The notes under the pieces are model-generated. The model was given only the letters and a program-made list of their open reading frames with translations, was not told the origin of the DNA and ran no database searches. A program made the position numbers and the translations under genes. This document shows positions 37,820 to 49,874 of a stretch of DNA of 64,000 nucleotides, one piece after another; the first letter of the stretch is position 1, and each line of letters begins with the position of its first letter. The stretch lies in contig NIVC01002300.1 of assembly GCA_002269645.1 (NCBI GenBank), forward strand, positions 1 through 64,000, in the 5' to 3' direction. The DNA is from Macrostomum lignano (taxonomy: Eukaryota).

Positions 37820-38942
37820 AACTTAAAAGTCATTTGTGGGCCTAAAATGCATGCAAGGACTATTAGCAAAGCATTTTTTGTCATTTTTTGGTATAACCAA
37901 TGCCTTGGCTTTAGTTCTTAGTAGACATAATTTAGCATATAAAATTTGTTTCTTGACATGGTGCGATAAAAAAACCTTTTGAAAAAGTAAAAACAATAAA
38001 GATTTTTTCTAAATCTCAAGGATAAGCCTATCAAAAAAGAATTAGTTAAAAATTGAAAAAATCCTTGACTATATTGGCTTTGCATTTCTAATGATTTTTT
38101 TATGGTAGAATATAGCATTTTTTCGATTTTACAAATTCAAAATCACATTTTTTGTAAAATAGGTTTCTTCAAAAATGAACAACTTTGCAATGCAAATACA
38201 TAGCACAAACAATATAAAATAAGTAGAAGAGAAAAAATACTTTTCATACTAAAAACTTTATCATCTTTATCATAGAACTGGCTTTTTAAAAAACTGTGAC
38301 ACTCATAAATCACATAAACTTAAGATAGAATTAGTTTGCTACACAAATGAGTCTTTTAATCTAGGCTAGTTTCTGTAAAAAAATATGAGCTTATCTATTT
38401 TAACCTGTTTCTTATTATGGATTTTCATTTCAATACTTCATATAAATTATTTTTTATAATAATTTTTTATGCATACACTTGTACAAAGTATAAAGCATGT
38501 CAATGCTGTAAAAATCTGTGCATCAATCATTTAATAGAGGAAATATCTTAGCTTGATTTGTGCATAGTTGAAAAGTTATTTCTTGCATGAGAGAAAGCTG
38601 AGACGAAATATATCGAATGTGGATGGCAGTTAGATTTAGTTAGAGGCAAGTCGGCTAAGCGACATTGTCACACAACTGGCGACAGTCATTTCTGCCCAGT
38701 CCACTGGCATTCATTTGTCATGTGGGGCTTGTGTTCAAACTTCACACACATGAAGGCCGACCCCCAAGGCGCACTGAGTGTACATGAGTGTGTAAAAGTG
38801 CGATACTGCGTACAGTATTGACGTACTTGTATGTGCCCAGGTGCTTATAATGCTTCTGCAATTAATATTGATGTTAATATCAGACAGAAGGCACTAGTGT
38901 AAACTATCTGCGTTTATTCATGCTATAGAAGACTCAGTAACT

Positions 38943-39671
38943 ATGCTGCATAGCAACGATATTAAGCTAGACATGGGCGGCGGTCTAGCCGAAGATTTTA
39001 TGTACAGCAACAATGTGGCCTCGGCCCAGATCTACATCCGCATGGGATTCTTGCGCAAAGTGTACGGCATCCTGTCTGCTCAGCTGCTGGTCACCAGCCT
39101 GGTCTGTGCCGCATTCTTGACTAACGCTGAAGCGGTGAAAGCCTCGCTTCATGGTGGCATGTTCGGCCTATTGGTGTTCTGCTTCCTTGCCACTATGGGC
39201 CTCGTTTTTGCCCTGCACTGGAAGGCCAGGGAGACCCCTATTAACTTTGTGCTGCTGTTCGCCTTCACCCTGTGCGAATCTGTCACCGTAGGATTCTGCG
39301 TTGTGCACTATTCAGTTGGCCTGGTGCTGCAGGCTCTGCTGCTTACTCTGCTTGTGACCGTTGGCCTGACACTCTTCACTCTGCAGACTAAACGCGATTT
39401 TAGCGCTTGGGAAGCTCCGCTACTGGTGGCCCTGCTGCTGCTATTAGGAGGCTGCGTTATTCAAATGTTTGTACAGAGCAGCGCCCTTCATCTGGCCATT
39501 TCTCTTGGCGGAGCCTTCTTATTCTCGCTGTTTATTGTGTTTGACACGGCCAATATTATGCACAAGGTCAGCCCCGAGGAGTACATCTTGGCTAGCGTTG
39601 ATCTCTACCTGGATATCATCAACTTGTTTCTCTACATTCTGCGCATTCTCAACGCTTCGAAGAAAGATTAA
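38943..39671 (+). CDS. TMBIM4: Transmembrane BAX inhibitor motif protein 4 (Lifeguard 4/GAAP), 242 aa, intronless
   Basis: EDFMYSNNVASAQIYIRMGFLRKVYGILSAQL N-terminal motif, multiple TM segments, and FDT...SPEEYILASVDLYLDIINLFL C-terminus of the BI-1 family. Confidence 0.93.
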   Translation: MLHSNDIKLDMGGGLAEDFMYSNNVASAQIYIRMGFLRKVYGILSAQLLVTSLVCAAFLTNAEAVKASLHGGMFGLLVFCFLATMGLVFALHWKARETPINFVLLFAFTLCESVTVGFCVVHYSVGLVLQALLLTLLVTVGLTLFTLQTKRDFSAWEAPLLVALLLLLGGCVIQMFVQSSALHLAISLGGAFLFSLFIVFDTANIMHKVSPEEYILASVDLYLDIINLFLYILRILNASKKD

Positions 39672-40694
39672 TCTGACTTTTCAATTGAAAGTTGATCACT
39701 AGACTGACTTATTAAAGGGTTAAGACTGTTGAAAACATTACTGTGAGACAATAATCGCTAAAGAGTCATTGAAAACAAATCACTGGGGACTTTAGCAACT
39801 CTGGTGCGACTGTTGAGTCACGAGAGCGCATCGCGTGAGCTGCAGAATTGTCAAAAGAGTCGTTGTGTTAGCGCTTAACTTTCTACTGACTCAAGTAGAC
39901 TAAATAGAGTTGTTATAGTGACGCAGATGCGCTGTAGATGCAACTCAATGATTCTACAGGGACTCCAGAAAGCCTCAGAGGCCCAGAGTCGTTTCAGAGT
40001 CGCAGACAATAAAAAAACGTCTCAAATAGACTCTTAGGCGACCCTTGGACGACTTTTTTGTGACTTGTACCGTCACAGCCCGTCTTTTTAAAGTCGTCTA
40101 GAGTCACTTATTTCCCATTTCACCTGTGTTACCTGCAACGACTTTGGAGCGACGCAAATGACTAAAAGATACATGTCTAAAAGATTATATTAAAAAGGGT
40201 AAAAAATGGTTTTATGTTTTAATTTGGGTTTTAAAATTAATAAAGAATAATTCTTCAGCTATTAATAATTAAAGAACGGCAGTGCCACTGTAACCTTTGT
40301 GATAAATTCACAGCTTTACTAATGTATAGAGAGTTTCTATTTTTAAGTTTTTCAACTTCTTGGTTAAAAAAAAACTGGCACATTATTGATTTTATTTATT
40401 CAGAAAATTATTGTTATTTGAGCTGCTACTAAGGCAAGTAGACTTTTGCGCGTGTTTTTCCTCTTATTTTTACTCCAGTTTTTTTTCTCTTTAAATCTGC
40501 AGATAATTTAATACAGTAATTTTTTTGACCAATAATAAGTGTTGACTGTACTTTTGTCTAATATTCACATTGTTATATGGCACTTATTATTTGTCCAGAG
40601 CAGTAACTTTCCTTAAATTTGTTTTTTTAAATTAAGCGCGTTGTTGGGTATTTTGTTTTTTTTTGCCGTGACAAACCGATGTGTTATACTCCTG

Positions 40695-41320
40695 TCTGCA
40701 GCACAGATACTAGAATAGCTAAGACTAGATGGGTCACTCAGCACATTTGCGTGTAAGCTACTTTTCAGTAGTAAATTAAACTGAAGCATTTTATGTATTT
40801 TTACTTAGACTTCTTTATTGGCTCTTAATTACCCCTCCACCCCAAGCTAAACCTTCCAACTCCACACTTAGCCTCTACCCCTGCCCCGCCCCAATTTTTA
40901 TTTCCTTTCTCGGAATTCCAGTCTAAATCTGTAATGTACATTTCAGTGGCCAATGTACATTACTGCTGAACCAATTAGCCAGTTGTTTACGCCTGCAAGC
41001 TTGGGCTTCTAAACTTATCAAAGTCATTTCCACATAACCCCCCACCCCACCCCACTTTTTATTGTCTCTCTGAATTCTAGCCTAAAGCTGCCATGTACAT
41101 TTCAGTGGACTGGCCAATGTACATTATGGCGAATTAATTAGCCAGTTGTTTACGCCTGCAAGCTTGGGCTTCTAAACTTATCAAAGTCATTTCAGCTGCC
41201 TCTATTTTTAGCTTATGTATTCTTCTTTGCTACTGAACTGAAAATAGAAAGCTGTTTTGCTAAGCATATATGTCTGAGTGACCCATCTGGTTATTTTAGT
41301 ATCTGTGGCCCTCTGCAGTT
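40695..41320. mobile_element. MITE-like inverted-repeat element; relative of the element in the CENP-A intron
   Basis: Imperfect terminal inverted repeats CACAGATACTAGAATA...AGATGGGTCACTCAG. The interior matches 43213-43678 in the opposite orientation. No clean TSD found. Confidence 0.6.
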
Positions 41321-41674
41321 AGCTTAATCAACACTTCACTATCTTTGTTTGCTTTTTGCTGCTGAAGAAAAAACTTTAACTTCATATAAGCTTCACAGCT
41401 TTTTCGAGTCTTATTTTCCAACCAAAGCCAATGGGATTAATCTGAGTTGCATTAAATTTTGCTAATTGGCACTTTAAGACTGGTAACCCCACTTGTTTTG
41501 GATAAAATGAAGCTAAATACAAAAAATGTCATTTTTGTTGTTCGCATCGTCAATTGGATTCTTTTTGAGTTAAATATTTCTTGTATCAAATTTAATAGTT
41601 TTTGTTACACGCTCGGGGAATCTAGTCTAGAACGTCCTGGTTAATTCCAATTTAAATTGTTTAAGTTGAGCTTT

Positions 41675-42815
41675 GAGGATACAAGGAATCGAACCTAGGA
41701 CCTCTGATTTATCCGAACTATTTTTTAAATGGTCACTGCTGAATACTTTTAGATTTGAGGAGTCTAGGAATCAATCCTAGGACCTTTGATTTATCCAAAC
41801 TATTTAAATGGTCACTGCTGAATGCTTTTAGATTTGAGGAGTCTAAGAATCGATCCTAGGACCTCTGATTTATTAAAACTATTTAAATGGTCGCTGCTGA
41901 ATGCTTTTAGATTTGAGGAGTCTAGGAATCAATCCTAGGACCTCTGATTAATCCAAACTATTTAAATGGTCACTGCTGAATGCTTTTAGATTTGAGGAGT
42001 CTAAGAATCGATCCTAGGACCTCTGATTTATTAAAACTATTTAAATGGTCGCTGCTGAATGCTTTTAGATTTGAGGAGTCTAGGAATCGATCCTAGGACC
42101 TCTGATTAATCCAAACTATTTAAATGGTCACTGCTGAATGCTTTTAGATTTGAGGAGTCTAGGAATCAATCCTAGGACCTCTGATTTATCCAAACTATTT
42201 AAATGGTCACTGCTGAATGCTTTTAGATTTGAGGAGTCTAGGAATCGATCCTAGGACCTCTGATTTATTAAAACTATTTAAATGGTCGCTGCTGAATGCT
42301 TTTAGATTTGAGGAGTCTAGGAATCGATCCTAGGACCTCTGATTAATCCAAACTATTTAAATGGTCACTGCTGAATGCTTTTAGATTTGAGGAGTCTAGG
42401 AATCGATCCTAGGACCTCTGATTTATCAAAACTATTTAAATGGTCACTGCTGAATACTTTTAGATTTGAGGAGTCTAGGAATCAATCCTAGGACCTTTGA
42501 TTTATCCAAACTATTTAAATGGTCACTGCTGAATGCTTTTAGATTTGAGGAGTCTAAGAATCGATCCTAGGACCTCTGATTTATTAAAACTATTTAAATG
42601 GTCGCTGCTGAATGCTTTTAGATTTGAGGAGTCTAGGAATCGATCCTAGGACCTCTGATTAATCCAAACTATTTAAATGGTCACTGCTGAATGCTTTTAG
42701 ATTTGAGGAGTCTAGGAATCGATCCTAGGACCTCTGATTTATCAAAACTATTTAAATGGTCACTGCTGAATACTTTTAGATTTGAGGAGTCTAGGAATCA
42801 AAACTAGGACCTCCG
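41675..42815. repeat. 79-bp AT-rich satellite, ~14 copies, ending ~60 bp upstream of the CENP-A start
   Basis: Unit starts at 41752, 41831, 41910 and so on (period 79): GATTTGAGGAGTCTAGGAATCGATCCTAGGACCTCTGATTTATCAAAACTATTTAAATGGTCACTGCTGAATGCTTTTA. Confidence 0.95.
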
Positions 42816-42874
42816 ATCTACCATATAAAATGGATAATTCTGCAATATTTGAATTCGCACAGCAGAGCATCGGC

Positions 42875-44195
42875 ATGGCACGGCGCAAAGCACAGCCGCG
42901 TAACAGTCGGAGTCGTGGATCTACAGACCAGACCAGCTCGGCAACTCCGCATCAGCCACAGCTGCCGCAGCAACTAGGAGAGTCTGTAGCCCCATTCCGA
43001 CCATTCTGGGCCAGTACGCCAGCTGATCCAATGTCGGCCAATGTCCGAACCTCCTCGGCTGGAGCTGCGCCGCCTCCGCCAGAACGGGCGGCAGCTTCGG
43101 CGGCGTCTGCCGCGGTGCTGTCTGGCATGCGCAACAACTCGTCTGCTGGGGACAGCCGGCGGCAGGGCCGGGTGAGTTGCCAGGGATTTCACTGGTCTCT
43201 GGTAGTGTTTAGTGTCCCTCACCTGCTGCTAGATACTAGAATAACTAAATGGCCACTCGGGCATATATAACTTAGTAAAACAGCTTTCTACTTTCAGTTC
43301 AGTAGCAATAAAGCATACATAAGCTATTTTATAAAAATAAAACCAGCTTAAATGACTTTGATTAGTTTAGAAGCTCAATCTTGCTAGCGTAAATAGCTTG
43401 CTAATTGGTTCGCCATAATGTACATTGGCCAGTCCACTGATATGTACATGGCAGCTTTAGGCTGGAATTCCGAGAAAGGCAATAAAAAGTGGGTTGGGGT
43501 GGGGGGTTATGTGTAAAGGCGCTGTTGAAGGGTTTAAGCTGGGGAGGGAGGTAAGAGCCAATAAAATGAGCCTTGGCTTTAAAAATACATTAAAATGCTC
43601 AGTTAAACTTACTACTGAACTGAAATTAGCTTACACGCAAATGTGCTGATCCAGTTATTCCAGTATCTGTTGCCTCAGGTAGTGTCTAGAGTCTATCTTT
43701 CATCACCTGAAGCACGGGTCTCAGGTAGGGTGTTTAGGGTCTATCTTTCATTACCCGAAGCACGAGTGTCTGCTGTTCAATCCTCAGAATTCAAAGCAAC
43801 GCCAGAAGCAGCATAAAAAGCAACAACAACACCCGCAGCGAAAACAGAAACAAAAATCTTCAAAGCCTGAGCCTCGAACTCATCGGCGGCGTAAAAATCA
43901 CATCGACAGAGAAATTAGGTTTATGCAGACCACCACTAAACTGTTAATTCGCAAGCTGCCATTTATGCGCCTAGTCAAGGAGGTGACCGCGCATTTGAAG
44001 CACAATGGTCAGCTGCCCGCCGCGCCAGGTGTTGGCGAAACCTGGCAAGCTGCCGCCGTTCTGTGCCTGCAGACCGCCGCTGAAGCCTACGTTATTCAAC
44101 TGCTGTCGGATGCTTATAAAATCTGCATCCATTGCCGCAGGGTGACGCTAAAACGGGAGGATCTGGCGCTGGTCTGCCAACTGTGCCGCGTCTGA
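42875..44195 (+). CDS. CENPA: Centromeric histone H3 variant CENP-A/CenH3, ~234 aa; exons 42875-43171 and 43788-44195
   Basis: MARRKAQP start, long divergent N-tail, histone fold LLIRKLPFMRLVKEV...WQAAAVLCLQTAAEAYVIQLLSDAY...HCRRVTL. CenH3 diagnostics: H3 Q68 replaced (M), F84 to W, T107 to A, extended loop 1. Phase-0 GT-AG intron. An in-frame ATG at 42830 is an alternative start. Confidence 0.85.
43213..43678. mobile_element. MITE-like element filling most of the CENP-A intron
   Basis: Inverted ends AGATACTAGAATAACT / AGTTATTCCAGTATCT flanked by TAGTGTC(C/T). Homologous to 40695-41320. Confidence 0.6.
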
Positions 44196-44289
44196 ATTTT
44201 TAAAAACAATTTTTGTGTTGCGTGAAGTTTTACTTTCTTTAGTTGGATAGGAGTGCAAAATTTCGCAATTCTAATTGACCGAATCTACG

Positions 44290-45440
44290 GCTAGCCAATG
44301 GAAAATTCCCAAGGCCAAAATAGGCAGCAATAAAAAATTTCCAAGGTTAAGGTAGGCAGCCAATGAAAATTCCTAAGGTAGAAGTAGGCAGCCAATGAAA
44401 TTCCTAAGGTAGAAGTAGGCAGCCAATGAAAAATTCCTAAGGTCGAAGTAGGCAGCCAATGAAAAATTCCTAAGGTAGAAGTAGGCAGCCAATGAAAAAT
44501 TCCTAAGGTAGAAGTAGGCAGCCGATGAAAAATTCCCAAGGTCGAAGTAGGCAGCCGATGGAAAATCCCCAAGGTCGAAGTAGGCAGCCGATGGAAAATC
44601 TCCAGGATCGAAGTAGGCAGCCAATGAAAAATTCCTAAGGTCGAAGTAGGCAGCCATTGAAAAATCCCCAGGGTCGAAGTAGGCATCCGATGAAAAATCT
44701 CCAGGATCGAAGTAGGCAGCCAATGAAAAATTCCTAAGGTAGAAGTAGGCAGCCGATGAAAAATTCCCAAGGTCGAAGTAGGCAGCCGATGGAAAATCCC
44801 CAAGGTCGAAGTAGGCAGCCGATGGAAAATCTCCAGGATCGAAGTAGGCAGCCAATGAAAAATTCCTAAGGTCGAAGTAGGCAGCCAATGAAAAATCCCC
44901 AGGGTCGAAGTAGGCAGCCGATGGAAAATCCCCAAGGTCGAAGTAGGCAGCCGATGGAAAATCTCCAGGATCGAAGTAGGCAGCCAATGAAAAATTCCTA
45001 AGGTCGAAGTAGGCAGCCAATGAAAAATCCCCAGGGTCGAAGTAGGCATCCGATGAAAAATCTCCGAGATCGAAGTAGGCAGCCAATGGAAATTTCCCAA
45101 GGTCGAAGTAGGCAGCCAATGGAAAATCCCCAAGGTCGAATTAGGCAGCCGATGGAAAATTCCCAAGGTTATGGTAGGCAGCCAATAGAAAATCCCCAAG
45201 GTCGAAGTAGGCAGCCGATGGAAAATCCCCAAGGTCATGGTAGGCAGCCAATGGAAATTTCCTAAGGTCGAAGTAGGCAGCCAATGGAAAATCCCCAAGG
45301 TCGAATTAGGCAGCCGATGGAAAATTCCCAAGGTTATGGTAGGCAGCCAATAGAAAATCCCCAAGGTCGAAGTAGGCAGCCGATGGAAAATTCCCAAGGC
45401 CGAAGTAGACAGCCAGTGGAAAATTCCCAAGGCTCAAGTA
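44290..45440. repeat. 33-bp minisatellite, ~35 copies, downstream of CENP-A
   Basis: Unit GGCAGCCAATGAAAAATTCCTAAGGTCGAAGTA with variants. Confidence 0.95.
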
Positions 45441-46034
45441 GGCAGCAAAGATGTAATTTTCCAACGATAAAAATATCGTTAGCTTTTACCTGTTATAATT
45501 ACTCAGCACAGATAGTTAATACACACTCACATGGCTGGTAAATGTTTATCATATCTTATCATTGCAATTGTCATATTTTTGTATTGGTCTATTATGCAAT
45601 TATTAATCTAATTTGAGCTTATTCAATTTAGAAAACTCAATAGCCAATTTTTCAACTTTCATTCCGGCTTCCGTTATTACTCTATATTTTCGAGATTTTA
45701 ATTTTAATTTTTCCTACCTGTATTTAGTATTTATATAAGTATCAATATCCGAATTAACTAGGTTGCATTTTATGAACAGCTAATTTTTATCAAAGCCGAT
45801 TACCCAAAACTGCAGTTCATTTCATTCTTCATCTTTCTCTCATTGTTGTTTTTTTCTTCAAAAAATACTCTTTCCCCACAAGCTGCTTTTGTCACCATTT
45901 TTTTGCTCTGTTTTTAATATATTTTGTTCAAATTGTACTTTGTTTCTTTTGTTTCAGACTTGTTTTAATTTTACTGATCAGTTTCTGTATTGGCATCCTG
46001 TCTTCGCTAAGTCTCACACTTATTAATCTGTCTC

Positions 46035-46645
46035 ATGTGTCTGTCTGCCTGTCTCACCTGTCTGTCTGACTGTCTCACCTGTCTGTCTGACTGTCTCACC
46101 TGTCTGACTGTCTGACTGTCTCACCTGTCTGTCTGACTGTCTCACCTGTCTGTCTGACTGTCTCACCTGTCTGACTGTCTGACTGTCTCACCTGTCTGTC
46201 TGACTGTCTCACCTTTCTGTCTGACTGTCTCACCTGTCTGACTGTCTCACCTGTCTGTCTGTCTGCCTGTCTCACCTGTCTGTCTGCCTGTCTCACCTGT
46301 CTGTCTGACTGTCTCACCTGTCTGTCTGACTGTCTCACCTGTCTGACTGTCTGACTGTCTCACCTGTCTGTCTGTCTGACTGTCTCACCTGTCTGTCTGA
46401 CTGTCTCACCTGTCTGTCTGTCTGTCTCACCTGTCTGTCTGTCTGTCTGACTGTCTCACCTGTCTGTCTGACTGTCTCACCTGTCTGTCTGACTGTCTCA
46501 CCTGTCCCTGTCTGTCTGACTCTCACCTCTATCTGACTCTCACCTGTCTGTCTGACTCTCACCTCTGTCTGACTCTCACCTCTGTCTGACTCTCACCTCT
46601 GTCTGACTCTCACCTCTATCTGACTCTCACCTGTCTGTCTGACTC
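46035..46645. repeat. ~21-bp CTGT-based minisatellite upstream of WIPI2
   Basis: Unit TCTCACCTGTCTGTCTGACTG with length variants. Confidence 0.92.
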
Positions 46646-46739
46646 TCACCTGTCTTTTTCATAATGGCTATTTTCGGTCCTAGTTATAGCAGTACAAAAG
46701 TCTGCCAATTTAATACTCAATAGACATTTACTCTCATTC

Positions 46740-49688
46740 ATGGAGGGCCCTCGCGTACTCAGCGTGAGCTTCAACCAGGACTTCACCTCTTTAGCGGTGG
46801 GCCTGAGCTGCGGCTACCGACTCTACAGCCTGTCGCAGAATGCCGATCGCCTCGAAGAAGTGTTCCGTCACGACGGAGACGAAGTCTGCATAATCGAGCG
46901 ACACTATTCGAGCTCATTAGTTGCCATGGTAACCCAGGCGGCGCCTAGGAAACTAAGAGTCTGCCATTTCAAAAAGGGCACAGAGATTTGCAGTTGCAGC
47001 TATTCTAACAGTATCCTGGCTGTTAGATTGAACCGTCAGCGGCTTGTCGTGTGCCTGGAGGACTCGCTGTACATTCACAACCTGCAGGATATGAAGGTGC
47101 TGCACACTATTCGGGAGACTCCGCCTAATAGGCTCGGCTTGTGCGCCTTGGGCTCAGCGAATGACAGCTCGCTTTTGGCTTATCCTGGTAGCGCTCAACT
47201 CGGCGAAGTAATTAACTGTTCTCCGCTTGTAATGATTTACGATTCACCGAGATTCACTAATCCCGGTTTGGAATCACTAATTCTCATCTAGATTCACTAA
47301 TCCTTATCTGGATTCACTAATCCTTATCTGGATTCACTAATCCTCATCTGGATTAATCCTCATCTGGATTCACTAATCCTCATCTGGATTCCCTGATCAT
47401 CAACTAGCTGGATTCACTAATCCACATCTGAGATTCACTATTCCTCATCTAGATTCCATAATCCTCACCTTGATTCACTAATCCTCACCTTGATTCACTA
47501 ATCCTCACCTTGATTCACTAATCCTCACCTGGATTCACTAATTCTTATCTGGACTCATAAATCCTCACCTGGATTCACTAATTCTTATCTGGACTAATTA
47601 ATCATCATATTTATTCACTAATATTCATCTGGATTCACTAATCCTCATCTGGATTCACTAATCCTCATCTGGATTCACTAATCCTCATCTGGATTCACTA
47701 ATCCTCATCTGGATTCACTAATCCTCATCTGGATTCACTAATCCTCATCTGGATTCACTAACCCCATTCTGGATTCACTAGTCTGTCTTATATTTAATAT
47801 TTGCTTATACTCAATAAACTATATGATCCCGATTCCAGGTGCACATATTCGACACCGTGGCTCTGAAGCCGCTCTGCGTAGTGGCCGCCCACGACAGCCC
47901 ACTGGCTGCCATCAGCTTCAACGCTCAGGCCAACAAGCTGGCCACAGCCTCGGAGAAGGGCACCGTTATTCGCATATTCTCTGTGCCCGAGGGCCAGCGT
48001 CTGTTGGAGTTTCGACGCGGCGTTAAACGTTGCGTCACCGTCTATTCTTTAGCGTTCAGCCGGGACAGCCGGCTGTTGGCCTGCAGCTCCAATACAGAGA
48101 CGCTGCACGTGTTCTGCCTGCAGCCAACCACCGGGCAGGTTGCGGCTGCTGCGCCTGGACACGCTGGGAGGTTGGTTGCTAGGGTGTTGTCCATGGTTGC
48201 TAGAGTGTTGTCCATGGTTGCTAGGGTGTTGTCCATGGTTGTTAGGGTGTTGTCAATGGTTGCTAGGGTGTTGTCCATGGTTGCTAGAGTGTTGTCCATG
48301 GTTGTTAGGGTGTTGTCCATGGTTGTTAGGGTGTTGTCAATGGTTGCTATGGTGTTGTCCATGGTTGCTAGAGTGTTGTTCATGGTTGCTAGAGTGTTGT
48401 CCATGGTTGCTAGAGTGTTGTCCATAGTTGCAAACTGATTTTCGATGGTTCCTAATGATTTTAGATGGTTGCTAGGGTGTTGTCCATGGTTGCTAGAACA
48501 TTTTCATGGTTGCAAACTGATTTTCGATGGTTTCTAATGATTTTAGATGGTTGCTAGGGCATTGTCAGTGGTTGCTAGGGTGTTGTCCATGGTAGCTAGG
48601 GGATTTTTAATGGTTGCAAAAGGATTCTCGATGGTTTCTAAAGATTTTAGATGGTTGCTAGGGCATTGTCAGTGGTTTCTATGGCATTTTAAATGGTTGT
48701 TATAACATGTTCGGTGGTTTCTCAGGGATTTTCGATGGTTGCCAACCTTCATCATCGTCAATCAATAGTTGCTAAAGGTTATTTGATGGTTGATAGGACA
48801 TTGTCAATGGTTGTTATGGGATTTTTTATGGTTGCTAAAGGATTTTCGATGGTTTCTAGGGATTTTTTTATGGTTTTTAGGGCATTTTCAATGGTTGCTA
48901 AAGAATTTTCGATGGTTGCTAGGGCATTGTCAATGGTTGCTAAAGAATTTTCGATGGTTGCTATGGCATTAGATGGTTGCTTAGGCATTGGTTGGTTAGG
49001 CATTGTCAATGGTTGCTAGCCGATAGATCAGAAGCGGCACTAACATAGCAAAGTGCATCTGCTCAATCATCTCAGCGGCGGCAGTAGCGGGTCGGCAGCA
49101 GTAGCGGCGGCCCCGGCCGAGGACTCGTGGATGGACTGGGCCTACAAAGCGTCGGCCTCGTATCTGCCGGCGGCGCTCAGCCAGGACCGCGACTTCGCCA
49201 CCGCTCGACTACCAGACGGCGGCGGTCGGACCCTCTGCTCTCTGGTCACCATCGGCAAGCACCTGCGCCTCCTCTGCGCCGGCCCAGACGCCCATCTGAG
49301 CGTCTTCAACGTCAACGAGCACGTCGGCGGCGACTGCGGCCCCGTCGCCCGACTCGACCTGCGTGGCGAGCCGCCGATTCCTGGCAGCGCCGCTCCGGCC
49401 CCGGCAGCCGCCGCCGCCGCTGTGCCGTCTCCCGCGACGCTGCCCTCGGCGCCTTCGCCAGTGCAGCAGCAGCAGCAGCCGACATCTCCGCCGACGCCGC
49501 CGCCGTCTCTGCCGCTGCCTCAGTCGTCGGCGTCGGCATCAGCATCGTCTCCGACGCCTTCGAACGGCGGCCGTCAGCATCGCCGATCCAACGAAGCCGC
49601 AGTCGCGGAGACGACCGCCGCGGCTGGCCGGCTGAACCTGCAGGACAGTCAGGAGTTCCCGCCTCCGTGCGGCGCCTCGACCAATTGA
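46740..49688 (+). CDS. WIPI2: WIPI1/2 (Atg18) PROPPIN WD40 autophagy protein; exons 46740-47207, 47839-48170 (donor tentative), 49049-49688
   Basis: [20 protein letters not shown]...[28 protein letters not shown]...[28 protein letters not shown] (FRRG lipid motif), [15 protein letters not shown]...ASYLP...RDFATARLP. Confidence 0.93.
47250..47780. repeat. 20-bp minisatellite, ~26 copies, WIPI2 intron 1
   Basis: Unit GGATTCACTAATCCTCATCT. Confidence 0.93.
48170..49015. repeat. 21-bp minisatellite, ~40 copies, WIPI2 intron 2
   Basis: Unit GGTTGCTAGGGTGTTGTCCAT, increasingly degenerate toward the 3' end. Confidence 0.93.
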
Positions 49689-49874
49689 AATGTCGATTTT
49701 CAGCGCCGGGTGACAAAAATCTGCAACGCACTTTCTCTGCTTTTTAATGATTGATTTCGTGTGAGGTTGGTGTCTGATTGCTGCTCTTTTGTGTTCTTTG
49801 TTGTGGGTGGATGCATGGCTTGCCTGGATTCTCTTTTTCTCTCGCTTCTGTTTTCTCTGTTTACTTTTCGTCAA

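Noticed and set aside
39700-40170. GAGTC/GACTC-rich segment after TMBIM4
   Set aside because: Suggestive of a MITE interior, but no convincing TIR or TSD.
44291-45430. 379-aa ORF (LPTSTLGIFHW repeats)
   Set aside because: Translation of the 33-bp minisatellite, antisense to the flanking genes, with no domain content.
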